Assembly: GCA_965205265.1 (NCBI GenBank)
Contig: CBDBGH010000003.1
Coordinates: 4,288,001 to 4,352,000, forward strand
DNA: 64,000 nucleotides
Source of the DNA: Alphaproteobacteria bacterium
Lineage (GTDB): Bacteria > Pseudomonadota > Alphaproteobacteria > Bin95
Direction: 5' to 3'
Shown: piece by piece, positions 27,234 to 36,646 of the stretch
Layout: each line of letters opens with the position of its first letter
Numbering within the stretch: the stretch's first letter is position 1
Program-made: the position numbers and the translations under genes
Notes under the pieces: generated by a model
Seen by the model: only the letters and a program-made list of their open reading frames with translations
What the model was told of the DNA's origin: nothing
Database searches by the model: none

Positions 27234-27604
27234 ACGGCCGAAGGCGTCGCATCGCCTAGCCGCATCGAAACCCCTAGTCGCGCGCGCGCCCTAGGTTCCG
27301 ATACCGGCATAGCCAAACCAGGCGGGCCGCGAACGCCCGACCGCATTCGCCGCGCCTCGAACCGCGACCGCGGGCCTCCCTGAAGCGGCCCGCCTCCCTG
27401 CTCCAACGCCCCGTTCCCGGCGTCGTTGCCGCCCGGGCCTCCCTCTCGGCAGCCGAGCGGCGCCCGTCGTCGAACCCATCTCCGCGCATTTCCCCATTCG
27501 GAGTTCGGCGAGCCGGCCGGAGGCGGTCCGGCGGGGCGGGGCGGGAGTCGCACTCCGCGTCCAGCCAACGCCGGTCCGATGCCCTTCAGCACGGAGACCG
27601 GCCC

Positions 27605-30600
27605 ATGCTCGACGCCCGCCCGGCGCCGGACGACCTCGCGCGTCCGCCCCTTCCCGCAACCGCCATCGATCAGCCCGCATCGCCGGCCCGTCCGATCGCT
27701 GGCGATGCCCTGTTCGCCGCGGCCCAGGCCCTGCTGCCGGTGCTGGAAGCCGGCAGGCCCCTTGATGCCGCAGCCCTGCGAGATGCCATGACGGTGGCCT
27801 TCGGCGCATCGGACGCCGAGGGCGGATGGATCTGGAAGGACGCCTACGAGGCCGCCGAGGCGGCGTGCGTGCTGTTCCTCCAGCGCTACCGAAGGGGCAT
27901 GCGCCGCACCTGCGGCGCCGGCGCCGACGGGCCGCGCCGCATGCTGGCGATGCTGGAGGCGGTCGCGGCGCTGGAGCCTTCCCACACCAGGCGCTCGGAG
28001 GAGCAGGTCCGGCTCCAGCAGTTCTCCACCCCGCTGCCGCTCGCCTATGCCGCGTTGCAGGCTGCCGCCATCCGGCCGGGCGACGTCGTGCTGGAGCCCT
28101 CGGCCGGCACCGGTATGCTGGCGGTGATGGCCGAATGTGCGCTCGGCAAGGACGTCGCCGGTCGCCTCCACCTCAACGAAATCGCGCAGACGCGGGCGCA
28201 CCTTCTGACCAGGCTGTTCCCGCAGTCCGCGGTGACCGCCTTCAACGCCGAGGCCATCGCCGACCGGCTGCGCGACGTCCGGCCCACCGTCGTGCTGATG
28301 AACCCGCCCTTCTCGGCGACGCCCGGTGTCGACCGCAGCCGGCACGACGCCGACCTCCGCCATGTCCGCTCGGCCGCCTCGATGCTGCCGCCGGGCGGCC
28401 GGCTGGTGACGATCACCTCGGCCCATTGCGTGCTGGGCGACGCCGTCGGCCGCCTCGATCCCCCGGCGCGCTGCATCTTCACCATGGCCATCGACGGCCG
28501 CGCGTATGCCCGCCGCGGCACCGGGTTCGACACCCGCCTCACCGTGCTGGAGCGCGGCGACGGACCGTGCGTCGATCTCGACGGGACGGCCCGCGCCGCA
28601 AACGCCGCCGAGCTGCTCGAAGCCGTCATCGCGCGGGTGCCGAAGCGCCAGCCGATCGCGCCCGCGCCGGTCCCGGCCGGACCCGCCCGCGACCTGTTCG
28701 GAAAGCCGGTTGCGCCGAAGCCTGCAACGCGCCGGGGTCCGAAGCCCGTATCCACGCCCGAGAGCCGCCGTTCCCATGAGTGGGGGCCGGTCTCCGAGCT
28801 GGTCGTCGAGACCGGCCCGGTCGAGCCGACTGCCGCCGATGCCGACACCGGCCCCTACGCGCCCTGGCGGCCGGGCGCCGTGCGGGTGCCGGGTGCGGTC
28901 GAGCACCCGACGCCGCTGGTCCAGTCCGCCGCCATGGCCGCCGTGCCCCATCCGGTTCCGGCGTACCGGCCGCTGCTCCCGGAGCGCATCGTCGCCGACG
29001 GCCTGCTGTCCGACGCCCAGCTTGAGAGCGTCGTCCTGGCGGGCGAGGCCCATGCCCGACACCTCGCGGCGGAATACCGTATCGGCTCCCAGTGGGAGAC
29101 CGTCCACCGCTGCAAGCTCGACGACGACGGCAACGAGAGCCTGCCCCGGACCCGATCCGGGGAGGAGGTCGACACCTCCCTCGTCACCCAGGAAGGCGAG
29201 ACCCTGTCGGAGCCGGTGCGCTTCCGCCGGGGCTGGATGCTGGGCGACGGCACCGGCTGCGGCAAGGGCCGCCAGGTGGCCGCCATCATCCTCGACAACC
29301 GCCTGCGCGGCAGGAAGCGCGCCCTCTGGCTCTCGCAGTCCGACAAGCTGCTGGAGGACGCGCGGCGCGACTGGACCGCATTGGGCGGGCTGGAGAGCGA
29401 CGTCATCCCGCTCGGCAACTTCCGGCAGGGAAAGGAGATACCCCTCGATGCCGGCATCCTGTTCGCGACCTACGCCACGCTGCGCTCGTCGTCCCGCCAG
29501 GGTCGGCCGTCGCGGCTCGACCAGATCGTCGAATGGCTTGCCGGCTCATTGGACGAGGAGGACCGCCACGCCTTCGACGGCGTGATCGTGTTCGACGAGG
29601 CCCACGCCATGGCGAATGCGGCGGGCTCGAAGTCCGAGCGCGGCGAGACCAAGCCCTCCCAGCAGGGCCGCGCAGGGCTCAGGCTTCAGAATGCGCTGCC
29701 GGACGCGCGCATCGCTTACGTCTCGGCCACCGGCGCCACGACGCTGCCCGGCCTCGCCTATGCCGGCAGGCTGGGATTGTGGGCCGCCGGCGACACGCCG
29801 TTCGAGAGGCGCACCGAGTTCGTCTCCGCCATGGAGGCCGGCGGGGTCGCCGCGATGGAGGTGGTGGCGCGCGACCTGAAAGCGCTCGGCCTCTACCAGG
29901 CAAGGGCGCTCGCCTATGACGGCATCGAGGTCGACATCCTCGAACATCCCCTCACGCCGGAGCAGCGGCGCATCTACGACGCCTATGCCGGCGCCTTCAA
30001 GGTGATCCACGCCAACATCGAGGAGGCGCTGAAGGCGACCGGCATCGTCCAGGGCGAGGACACGCTGAACAGGAACGCGAAGGCCGCCGCGCTCAGCGCC
30101 TTCGAGGGCACCAAGCAGCGCTTCTTCGGCCATCTGCTGACCGGCATGAAGTGCCCCTCGACCATCCGCGCCATCGACGCCGACCTCGCCGGTGGGCGGT
30201 CGGCGGTCGTGCAGCTGGTCTCCACCGGCGAAGCGCTGATGGAACGCCGTATCGCCGACGTCCCAGCCTCCGAGTGGGACGACCTTAACATCGACCTGAC
30301 GCCGAGGGACGCGATCCTCTCCTACCTGATGCACGCCTTCCCGGTGCAGTTGCAGGAGCCCTTCACCGACGACGGCGGCAACCTGCTGAGCCGGCCCGCC
30401 AGGGATGCCGACGGCAATCCGGTGATCTGCAAGGAAGCCGAGGACCGGCGCGACGCGCTGATCGAGAAGCTCGCGGCATTGCCGCCGGTGCCGACCGCAT
30501 TGGATCAGATCGTGCAGCATTTCGGGCACGAGGCGGTGGCGGAAGTCACGGGCCGGTCGCGCCGAGTCCTGCGCATCACGGACGCCAGGGGCGAGCGGCT

Positions 30601-32164
30601 GGCGCTGCGCTCGCGGCCGGCCTCCGCCAACCTCGCCGAGACCGCCGCTTTCATGGACGGCGAAAAGCGCATCCTGGTGTTCTCGATGGCCGGCGGCACC
30701 GGGCGCAGCTACCATGCGGACCTCGGCTGCGGAAACACCGAGCGGCGCATCCACTACCTGCTGGAGCCGGGCTGGCGCGCCGACCAGGCAATCCAGGGGC
30801 TGGGACGCACCCACCGCACGCACCAGGCCAGCGCGCCGCTGTTCCGGCCCGTCACCACCGACGTGAAGGGTGAGCGCAGGTTCATCGCCACCATCGCGCG
30901 GCGGCTCGACAGCCTGGGCGCCATCACGCGGGGCCAGCGGGATTCGCAGACCGCGATGGGCGGCAGCGACGCGGCGCTGTTCCGCGAGAGCGACAACCTT
31001 GAGAGCCCCTACGCCAAAGCCGCCTTGCGCCAGTTCTACGGCGCGCTGTGGCGCGGCAGCATCGAGGGCTGGAATCTCGAGCGTTTCGAGAAGGCCACCG
31101 GGCTCAAGCTCACCTGGGAGGGCAATCTCAAGGAGGACCTGCCGCCCATGCCGAGGTTCCTCAACCGGCTGCTGGCGCTGCCCATCGCCGAGCAGAACCA
31201 GCTCTTCGCCGAGCTGGAGAGCCGTATCGCCAGCAACATCGAGCAGGCGATCGAGACCGGCAGCTACGAGGTCGGCGTCGAGACCGTCACAGCGGACTCG
31301 CTGGTTATCGCCGGCCGGGAGACGCTCTACGAGCATCCCGGCACCGGGGCGGCCACCGAGCTGGTCGAGATCGTCCGCCGCGACAGGCTGGTGCCGCTCA
31401 CGGCGGAATCGGCGCTGGAGATCGGCGAACGCGATCCCGGCCCGGACGGCAAGCCGCGCCTCGCGGTCAACGCCCGCTCGAAACGCGCCGCCGTCATCCT
31501 GCCGGCAGCCTCGCGCATGCTCGACGATGGCGGGGTGCGGGAGCGGGTCCGGCTGATCCGGCCCGCGACCGCCGAGACCATGGCCAGCGCCGAGCTCGAC
31601 GCCTCGAACTGGCGCCGTGCCGACGAAGCTCAGTGGCGGCGCGTCTGGGACGCGGAGATCGCCGGGCTGCCGTCGCACCGGGACTCGCGCTTCTGGCTCG
31701 CCACCGGCCTCCTGCTGCCGGTCTGGGACCGCCTGCCGGAGGAGAACATGCGGGTCCGGCGGCTGACGACCGATCCCGGATCGGGGAAGCCTGCCCCGGC
31801 CTCCGAGCCGGGGGGACAGACGACGGGCGAATCCCTCATCGGGCGCGTGCTCGACGCGGAGCAGGTGCGGGCCGTGCGCCAGAGCTTCGGGCTCGGCGGC
31901 GGCCCCGCCATGACGGGGGCGGAGGCATTCGAGGCGGTCATGGGCCGCGGCAACGCGCTCGCGCTCGCCAACGGATGGCGGCTCGCGCGCCGCCGCCTGA
32001 TGGGCGCCGACCGCATTGAGATCGAGGGACCGGCCGACACCGACATGGACGCGCTGAAGCGCATGGGATGCACCGTCGAGATCGTCTCCTTCCGCGCGCG
32101 GATATTCGCGCCCAATGCCGGTGCGATGGAGCGCATCCTCGACCGCTGGCCGCTCGCAGCCTGA
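27605..32164 (+). CDS. Strawberry-notch-family methyltransferase/helicase fusion (1519 aa)
   Basis: QQFSTP, LEPSAGTG, NPPF (N6-MTase); GDGTGCGKGR, DEAH, SATG, QGLGRTHR (SF2). Confidence 0.92.
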   Translation: MLDARPAPDDLARPPLPATAIDQPASPARPIAGDALFAAAQALLPVLEAGRPLDAAALRDAMTVAFGASDAEGGWIWKDAYEAAEAACVLFLQRYRRGMRRTCGAGADGPRRMLAMLEAVAALEPSHTRRSEEQVRLQQFSTPLPLAYAALQAAAIRPGDVVLEPSAGTGMLAVMAECALGKDVAGRLHLNEIAQTRAHLLTRLFPQSAVTAFNAEAIADRLRDVRPTVVLMNPPFSATPGVDRSRHDADLRHVRSAASMLPPGGRLVTITSAHCVLGDAVGRLDPPARCIFTMAIDGRAYARRGTGFDTRLTVLERGDGPCVDLDGTARAANAAELLEAVIARVPKRQPIAPAPVPAGPARDLFGKPVAPKPATRRGPKPVSTPESRRSHEWGPVSELVVETGPVEPTAADADTGPYAPWRPGAVRVPGAVEHPTPLVQSAAMAAVPHPVPAYRPLLPERIVADGLLSDAQLESVVLAGEAHARHLAAEYRIGSQWETVHRCKLDDDGNESLPRTRSGEEVDTSLVTQEGETLSEPVRFRRGWMLGDGTGCGKGRQVAAIILDNRLRGRKRALWLSQSDKLLEDARRDWTALGGLESDVIPLGNFRQGKEIPLDAGILFATYATLRSSSRQGRPSRLDQIVEWLAGSLDEEDRHAFDGVIVFDEAHAMANAAGSKSERGETKPSQQGRAGLRLQNALPDARIAYVSATGATTLPGLAYAGRLGLWAAGDTPFERRTEFVSAMEAGGVAAMEVVARDLKALGLYQARALAYDGIEVDILEHPLTPEQRRIYDAYAGAFKVIHANIEEALKATGIVQGEDTLNRNAKAAALSAFEGTKQRFFGHLLTGMKCPSTIRAIDADLAGGRSAVVQLVSTGEALMERRIADVPASEWDDLNIDLTPRDAILSYLMHAFPVQLQEPFTDDGGNLLSRPARDADGNPVICKEAEDRRDALIEKLAALPPVPTALDQIVQHFGHEAVAEVTGRSRRVLRITDARGERLALRSRPASANLAETAAFMDGEKRILVFSMAGGTGRSYHADLGCGNTERRIHYLLEPGWRADQAIQGLGRTHRTHQASAPLFRPVTTDVKGERRFIATIARRLDSLGAITRGQRDSQTAMGGSDAALFRESDNLESPYAKAALRQFYGALWRGSIEGWNLERFEKATGLKLTWEGNLKEDLPPMPRFLNRLLALPIAEQNQLFAELESRIASNIEQAIETGSYEVGVETVTADSLVIAGRETLYEHPGTGAATELVEIVRRDRLVPLTAESALEIGERDPGPDGKPRLAVNARSKRAAVILPAASRMLDDGGVRERVRLIRPATAETMASAELDASNWRRADEAQWRRVWDAEIAGLPSHRDSRFWLATGLLLPVWDRLPEENMRVRRLTTDPGSGKPAPASEPGGQTTGESLIGRVLDAEQVRAVRQSFGLGGGPAMTGAEAFEAVMGRGNALALANGWRLARRRLMGADRIEIEGPADTDMDALKRMGCTVEIVSFRARIFAPNAGAMERILDRWPLAA
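29138..29161 (+). repeat. 24-bp palindromic element in frame in the strawberry-notch gene (SLPRTRSG)
   Basis: AGCCTGCCCCGGACCCGATCCGGG flanked by GAG on both sides. Confidence 0.75.
31775..31819. repeat. Nested palindromic elements in frame in the strawberry-notch gene
   Basis: CCCGGATCGGG..[AGCCTGCCCCGGCCTCCGAGCCGGGG]..GGACAG. Confidence 0.6.
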
Positions 32165-32319
32165 GCGGTCCGCGCGATACGTATGGCCGGCCCGCCGTCC
32201 TCCGCACAACCGTGCGCAGGGGCATGCCGCCCGCGAATCCACCCAACGACAGGCTCGCGCCGCCGTCCGCCCGGATACATATTGCCGGCCAGGCGGCGGC
32301 CGCCCGAAGGAGAGACGCC

Positions 32320-32589
32320 ATGACCGCGCAGACCCTGCCCGACGAACCCAACTTTTGCTTCGTTCCCGCCTACGACGTCGAGACCGATGTGCAGCAGATC
32401 CGCATCGTCATCGAAGGCATGGCCGGGCACGTTCCAACCGCCTTGATCGCGCTGAACCTGGACGATGCGCTGAGCATTTGCGACAAGCTGAACCGAAGGC
32501 TCGGGTACGACCGCGAGGCCTGGACCGCCATGGCCGCCGCCTCCATGCAGGCCGAGGACGACGATCCGGAGGGCGGCGCCTGGCATTGA
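32320..32589 (+). CDS. Small hypothetical protein
   Basis: SD AAGGAG, 89-aa protein-like ORF. Confidence 0.6.
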   Translation: MTAQTLPDEPNFCFVPAYDVETDVQQIRIVIEGMAGHVPTALIALNLDDALSICDKLNRRLGYDREAWTAMAAASMQAEDDDPEGGAWH

Positions 32590-32603
32590 CGTGCCGCCCC
32601 GTC

Positions 32604-32632
32604 TTGTCCGCTTATGGCGAATCCCCTATAGT
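32604..32632 (+). promoter_or_regulatory. Putative sigma70 promoter of the TA operon
   Basis: TTGTCC-17 bp-TATAGT; imperfect inverted repeat GTCTTGTC/GACAAAGAC may be the operator. Confidence 0.55.
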
Positions 32633-32649
32633 ACGGAGTCGACAAAGAC

Positions 32650-33006
32650 ATGTTGAAACCGGTCGAATGGGTCGGCTCCAGCAAGGCGGATCTGAAGCGC
32701 TTCCCGGACCCCGTGCAGAACCGCATGGGGTTTGCGATCTACCGCGCCCAGCTCGGACGTCGGCACCGGGACGCGAAGCCCCTCAAGGGGTTCGGTTCGG
32801 GCGTCGTGGAGGTGGTCGCACGCCACGACGGCGACACCTTCCGGGCCGTCTACACGGTCCGGTTCGAGACCGCCGTCTACGTCCTGCACGCCTTCCAGAA
32901 GAAGGCCCGGCGGGGTATCGCGACCCCGAAGCAGGAGCTCGACCTGGTCCGGCGCCGCCTGCGCGCCGCCGAACAGCACTATCGTGACACCCACCGCGGA
33001 GACTGA
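32650..33006 (+). CDS. higB: RelE/HigB-like (Gp49-type) toxin
   Basis: W.GSSK.DL..FP, KPLKGFGSGV.E, FRAVYTV, YVLHAFQKK; toxin-first order. Confidence 0.85.
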   Translation: MLKPVEWVGSSKADLKRFPDPVQNRMGFAIYRAQLGRRHRDAKPLKGFGSGVVEVVARHDGDTFRAVYTVRFETAVYVLHAFQKKARRGIATPKQELDLVRRRLRAAEQHYRDTHRGD

Positions 33007-33010
33007 CGCC

Positions 33011-33349
33011 ATGGAACCCGACGACACCGCCGTGGAGCGCGGCAGCGGCAACGTCTTCGCCGATCTCGGCTTTCCCGACGCCGACGCGCACCTCGTCAAG
33101 GCCGAACTGGTGAGCCGCATCGACGACATCGTGCGCCAACGCGGCATCACCCAGACCGAGGCCGCGCGGCTGCTTGGGCTCTCCCAGCCCGACGTCTCGC
33201 GGCTGCTCAGGGGCGACTTCCGCGAGTATTCGCTGGAGCGCCTGTTCCGCCTGCTCAACGCGCTCGGGCGCGACATCGACATCGTCGTCAGACAGCCCCG
33301 TTCCGCCGCCGGCGGCAGGTTGCGGATCGCCGTCACGGAAACAGCCTGA
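33011..33349 (+). CDS. higA: HigA-like XRE antitoxin
   Basis: GSGNVFADLG, TQTEAARLLGLSQPDVSRLLRG. Confidence 0.85.
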   Translation: MEPDDTAVERGSGNVFADLGFPDADAHLVKAELVSRIDDIVRQRGITQTEAARLLGLSQPDVSRLLRGDFREYSLERLFRLLNALGRDIDIVVRQPRSAAGGRLRIAVTETA

Positions 33350-33601
33350 CACCCCCTTCCTGGGGTCGGATTACCGATCCCGCCCGCTTCTGCTGCGCAG
33401 CCGGCCCGCCGTTGGCCGTTCGCTGCCTCGCTCCCGACCGATCGCTGAAGGCGTCTCGCCGGTCCGCCATCCGCCGCCCGGCCTCGCCTTCGGTCGTGCC
33501 GGCCTCGACCCGCCGCGCTGGCGTCGGCGCCGGACGAAGGGACGATCCCGGCAAGTAGCGAGCGGCATCTCGCTGCGCAGCCGGCCCGGCGCCGTCTCCG
33601 G

Positions 33602-33994
33602 TCAGCCCCTCCAGGCGAGCCACCACCACGCGAGCCAGACGGGCGCGCCGAGCGCCACGGCGCAGACCGCGATCGCGAGCGGCCCGAGCAACCCGGCCGG
33701 CAGCGCCGCCACCACCGTCGCCGCTCCAAGCGCAATCCCCGCGATCCAGGCGCCGCGCCGGTAGCCGAGCCGCCACAGCCTCCGGCATCCGAGCGCGAGC
33801 GGCAGGCCGCAGGGCACGAAGGGCGCCAGCGACAGCCCCTCCATCGCCATCGCTGCCAGCCACGGCCCGAGCGTCCCCGCCGCGGCCGCGTCCGGCCCGA
33901 ACCGCACCGCCGCCTGCGCCACGATCCCGGCCGGCAGCCAGAGCAGCGCCAGCGGCCAGAACCCGTGACGCCCGATCCATCCGCGCCCGTCCAT
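33602..33994 (-). CDS. Small membrane protein (~4 TM)
   Basis: Hydrophobic segments in the 3' part of ORF 33602-34243. Confidence 0.55.
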   Translation of the reverse strand: MDGRGWIGRHGFWPLALLWLPAGIVAQAAVRFGPDAAAAGTLGPWLAAMAMEGLSLAPFVPCGLPLALGCRRLWRLGYRRGAWIAGIALGAATVVAALPAGLLGPLAIAVCAVALGAPVWLAWWWLAWRG

Positions 33995-34131
33995 GCCGTA
34001 GCGATGCACCAGGCCGGGGCGGCGTTCAAGCGGGACCGACCGCATGTCACCGGGGAGGTGGAGGAGAGCATGCCGAGAGCGAGGCCGCTGACGGAGAGGG
34101 AGCGGCGGAATCGCAACCGGGGAGATCGGAC

Positions 34132-34668
34132 ATGGCGACATTGCGATATGCGGGGATCGGGGCGCGGGCGACACCGGCGGCCGTGCTGGGGGACATGGCG
34201 GTGATGGCGGGATGGCTGGCGCGGACCGGCTGGCATCTGTCATCTGGCGGGGCGGACGGGGCCGACAGCGCGTTTGCCGAGGGAGCGCCGACGGACCAGC
34301 GGGCGATCTGGCTGCCGTGGCGGGGCTACAACGGGCATCGCGGGCCGGACTGCCGGGTGCTGTCGGCGGCGGCGATGGCGGCGTGCATGGAGATCGCGGC
34401 GCCCCTGCATCCGGCGTGGGAGCGGTGTTCGCCGGCCGTCCGCAAGCTGCATGCCAGGAACGCGACGGTGCTTCTGGACGAGGCGCTGGACCGGCCGGTC
34501 GATGCGGTCGTGTGCTGGACTGCTGAAGGGCGCGAAGAGGGCGGCACCGGCATGGCCATCCGCATCGCCGAGGCCCGCGGCATCCCGGTGTTCAATCTGG
34601 GGACGATGACGCCGCGGGCGGTGTGCGAGCGCCTGGCCGCGATCCGCCGCGCCGTCCCTTCACCGTAG
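34132..34668 (+). CDS. SLOG/DprA-like Rossmann-fold protein, phage/plasmid type
   Basis: YAGIGAR.TP, SGGADGADSAF, ARN, GGTGMAIRIA..IPVFNL. Confidence 0.8.
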   Translation: MATLRYAGIGARATPAAVLGDMAVMAGWLARTGWHLSSGGADGADSAFAEGAPTDQRAIWLPWRGYNGHRGPDCRVLSAAAMAACMEIAAPLHPAWERCSPAVRKLHARNATVLLDEALDRPVDAVVCWTAEGREEGGTGMAIRIAEARGIPVFNLGTMTPRAVCERLAAIRRAVPSP

Positions 34669-34716
34669 AGCAGGAGGAGAGCGCCTGTCGGGCGAGTGTC
34701 CGGCAGGCCGGAGGGA

Positions 34717-36646
34717 GTGCGCCAGGCTAACTGGTGCCAGTGTAGCCGGTGAAAGTCCGGCAGGAAGGAGAAGGTGAGCCACCACTTCCACCCCGAGTCA
34801 TGGGCCGTCGCTCGCGAGGGCGGGGGTCAAGCGTTGACAGGGGCGCGTGCGGACAGGGCTATCGAGCACCGAAAGATCCTTAGTCCGGGATGCCGAGACC
34901 TTTTCCTCGGTCGAAGGCAGCATCCGACCCACCGTTATGGCGAGGGGGGTCGGAGTCCCGCGGTGTCCAAGAACCCATGCACGTACGTAAGCACTGCACC
35001 GGGACCTGGGAGGTCTCCATGCCATCCCGCTGTCGTGGCAGGATCGCAAAGGAAAGGAGTAGTCCGTAACCGATGATGAACGGCATGGAGAAGTCAGACT
35101 CGGCCATAGTAGCCGTGAAGCCGGCGAACAAAGGGGCGTCAGCCTCGGCGGAGCCGGTGGAGCCAAGGGCCGAGCCCAAGGGGAATCCGGAAGGCCAAAG
35201 CACGCGCCGGACGCAGAACCGGGAAAGCGTGTCACAGGCGGCCGACCGGATACGGCAGTTTGTACAAAGGGAACGCAAGGTGCGTCTCACGACGCTCCTT
35301 CACCATGTCACGGTCGATGCGCTTCGCTGGGCGTTCTTCGAGCTAAAGAAGAACGCGGCGGCGGGCGCGGATGGCATGACGTGGCGGATGTACGGGAAGG
35401 AACTGGAAGGCCGCTTGGCCGACCTGCACGACCGCGTGCATTCGGGAGCGTACCGGGCGACGCCATCGCGACGGGTGAACATCCCGAAGCCGGATGGCGG
35501 TACACGACCGCTCGGCGTCGCGGCCATCGAGGACAAGATCGTCCAGAAGGTCGTGGCGGAGATAATCCTGACGCCGATCTACGAGGCGGAGTTCCTGGGG
35601 TTCAGCTACGGGTTCCGGCCCGGTCGTGGGGCGCACAATGCGCTCGATGCGATCGCGGTCGGCATCGACAAGTTCAAGATCAACTGGGTGGTCGATTGCG
35701 ACATCCGCAAATTCTTCGACACGGTGTCGAGGGACTGGCTGGTCCGGTTCCTTGAACACCGCATCGCGGACAAGCGGGTCATCAGGCTGATCATCAAGTG
35801 GCTGAACGCCGGCGTCATGGAAGATGGAGAGAGGCGGGACGACCTGCGGGGGACCCCGCAGGGATCGGTGATTTCGCCGATCCTGGCGAACGTCTACCTG
35901 CATTACGTCCTCGATCTCTGGTTCCATAAGAAGTGGCGCAGCCACGAGGTCTACGGCGACGCGATCATCGTGCGGTACGCCGACGACTTCGTGGTTGGTT
36001 TCCAGCACAAGCAGGACGCGGAGCGATTTCTGGATGCCCTGAAGGAGCGGTTCGGAAGCTTCGAACTGGAACTGCATCCCGACAAGACCCGGCTCATCGA
36101 GTTCGGGCGATTTGCCCCTAGAAACCGTCGGCGACGAGGGCAGGGCAAACCGGAGACTTTCGACTTTCTGGGCTTCACGCACTACTGCACGGAGACCAGA
36201 GGCGGGCGTTTCCAGTTGGGGCGCAAGCCGGTTGCGGAGCGGATGGCCCGCACACTGAAGCGGATAAAGGAAGCGCTATGCAGCCGAATGCATGACAACG
36301 CCGAAGAAACGGCGAGGTGGCTGGGCAAGGTGCTTGACGGATGGCTGAACTACTTTGCCGTCCCGATGAGCCACCGATACCTGAGCCGCTTCGCCTCGCG
36401 CCTGAAGCGGATGTGGATCGCGATCACGCGCCGCAGATCGCAACGGGACCGCTTCGGCTGGGCACAGGTCGACAAGTTGACGACCAAGTACTGGCCCAAG
36501 GTGGAAATCCGGCACCCGTGGCCGAACCGACGACTTGCCGTCAGCGTGTATGGGAACAGCGCAACCCGAGGGAGGAGCCGGATGCCTTAGCGGGCACGTC
36601 CGGATCTGTGCGGGGGGCGCCGGGCAACCGGCGTCCCTACCGCGAT
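34717..36646 (+). mobile_element. Group II intron (bacterial class E-like), ~1.93 kb
   Basis: 5' GTGCG; domain V GAGCCGGATGCCTTAGCGGGCACGTCCGGATC; domain VI ending CCCTACCGCGAT. Confidence 0.88.
35073..36590 (+). CDS. ltrA: Group II intron reverse transcriptase/maturase, no endonuclease domain
   Basis: IPKPDG..RPLG, SYGFRPGR, GTPQGSVISP, RYADD, FDFLGFT. Confidence 0.93.
   Translation: MMNGMEKSDSAIVAVKPANKGASASAEPVEPRAEPKGNPEGQSTRRTQNRESVSQAADRIRQFVQRERKVRLTTLLHHVTVDALRWAFFELKKNAAAGADGMTWRMYGKELEGRLADLHDRVHSGAYRATPSRRVNIPKPDGGTRPLGVAAIEDKIVQKVVAEIILTPIYEAEFLGFSYGFRPGRGAHNALDAIAVGIDKFKINWVVDCDIRKFFDTVSRDWLVRFLEHRIADKRVIRLIIKWLNAGVMEDGERRDDLRGTPQGSVISPILANVYLHYVLDLWFHKKWRSHEVYGDAIIVRYADDFVVGFQHKQDAERFLDALKERFGSFELELHPDKTRLIEFGRFAPRNRRRRGQGKPETFDFLGFTHYCTETRGGRFQLGRKPVAERMARTLKRIKEALCSRMHDNAEETARWLGKVLDGWLNYFAVPMSHRYLSRFASRLKRMWIAITRRRSQRDRFGWAQVDKLTTKYWPKVEIRHPWPNRRLAVSVYGNSATRGRSRMP

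Larger units (their letters stand above)
12270..34668 (+). mobile_element. Integrated plasmid/ICE-type maintenance (leading-region-like) gene block; boundaries approximate
   Basis: Co-oriented ParB, RadC, strawberry-notch methylase/helicase, DUF6573, TA and SLOG genes; no relaxase or T4SS seen in the window. Confidence 0.65.

Noticed and set aside
16542-32242. Long minus-strand ORFs (774, 734, 816, 652 and 898 aa)
   Set aside because: Antisense to motif-supported + strand genes; typical high-GC shadows
35073-36590. RT as retron, DGR or defence RT, with the long repeats as TR/VR
   Set aside because: Clear group II intron ends and domains V/VI; the repeats are identical, abut IS ends and show no adenine-specific mismatches
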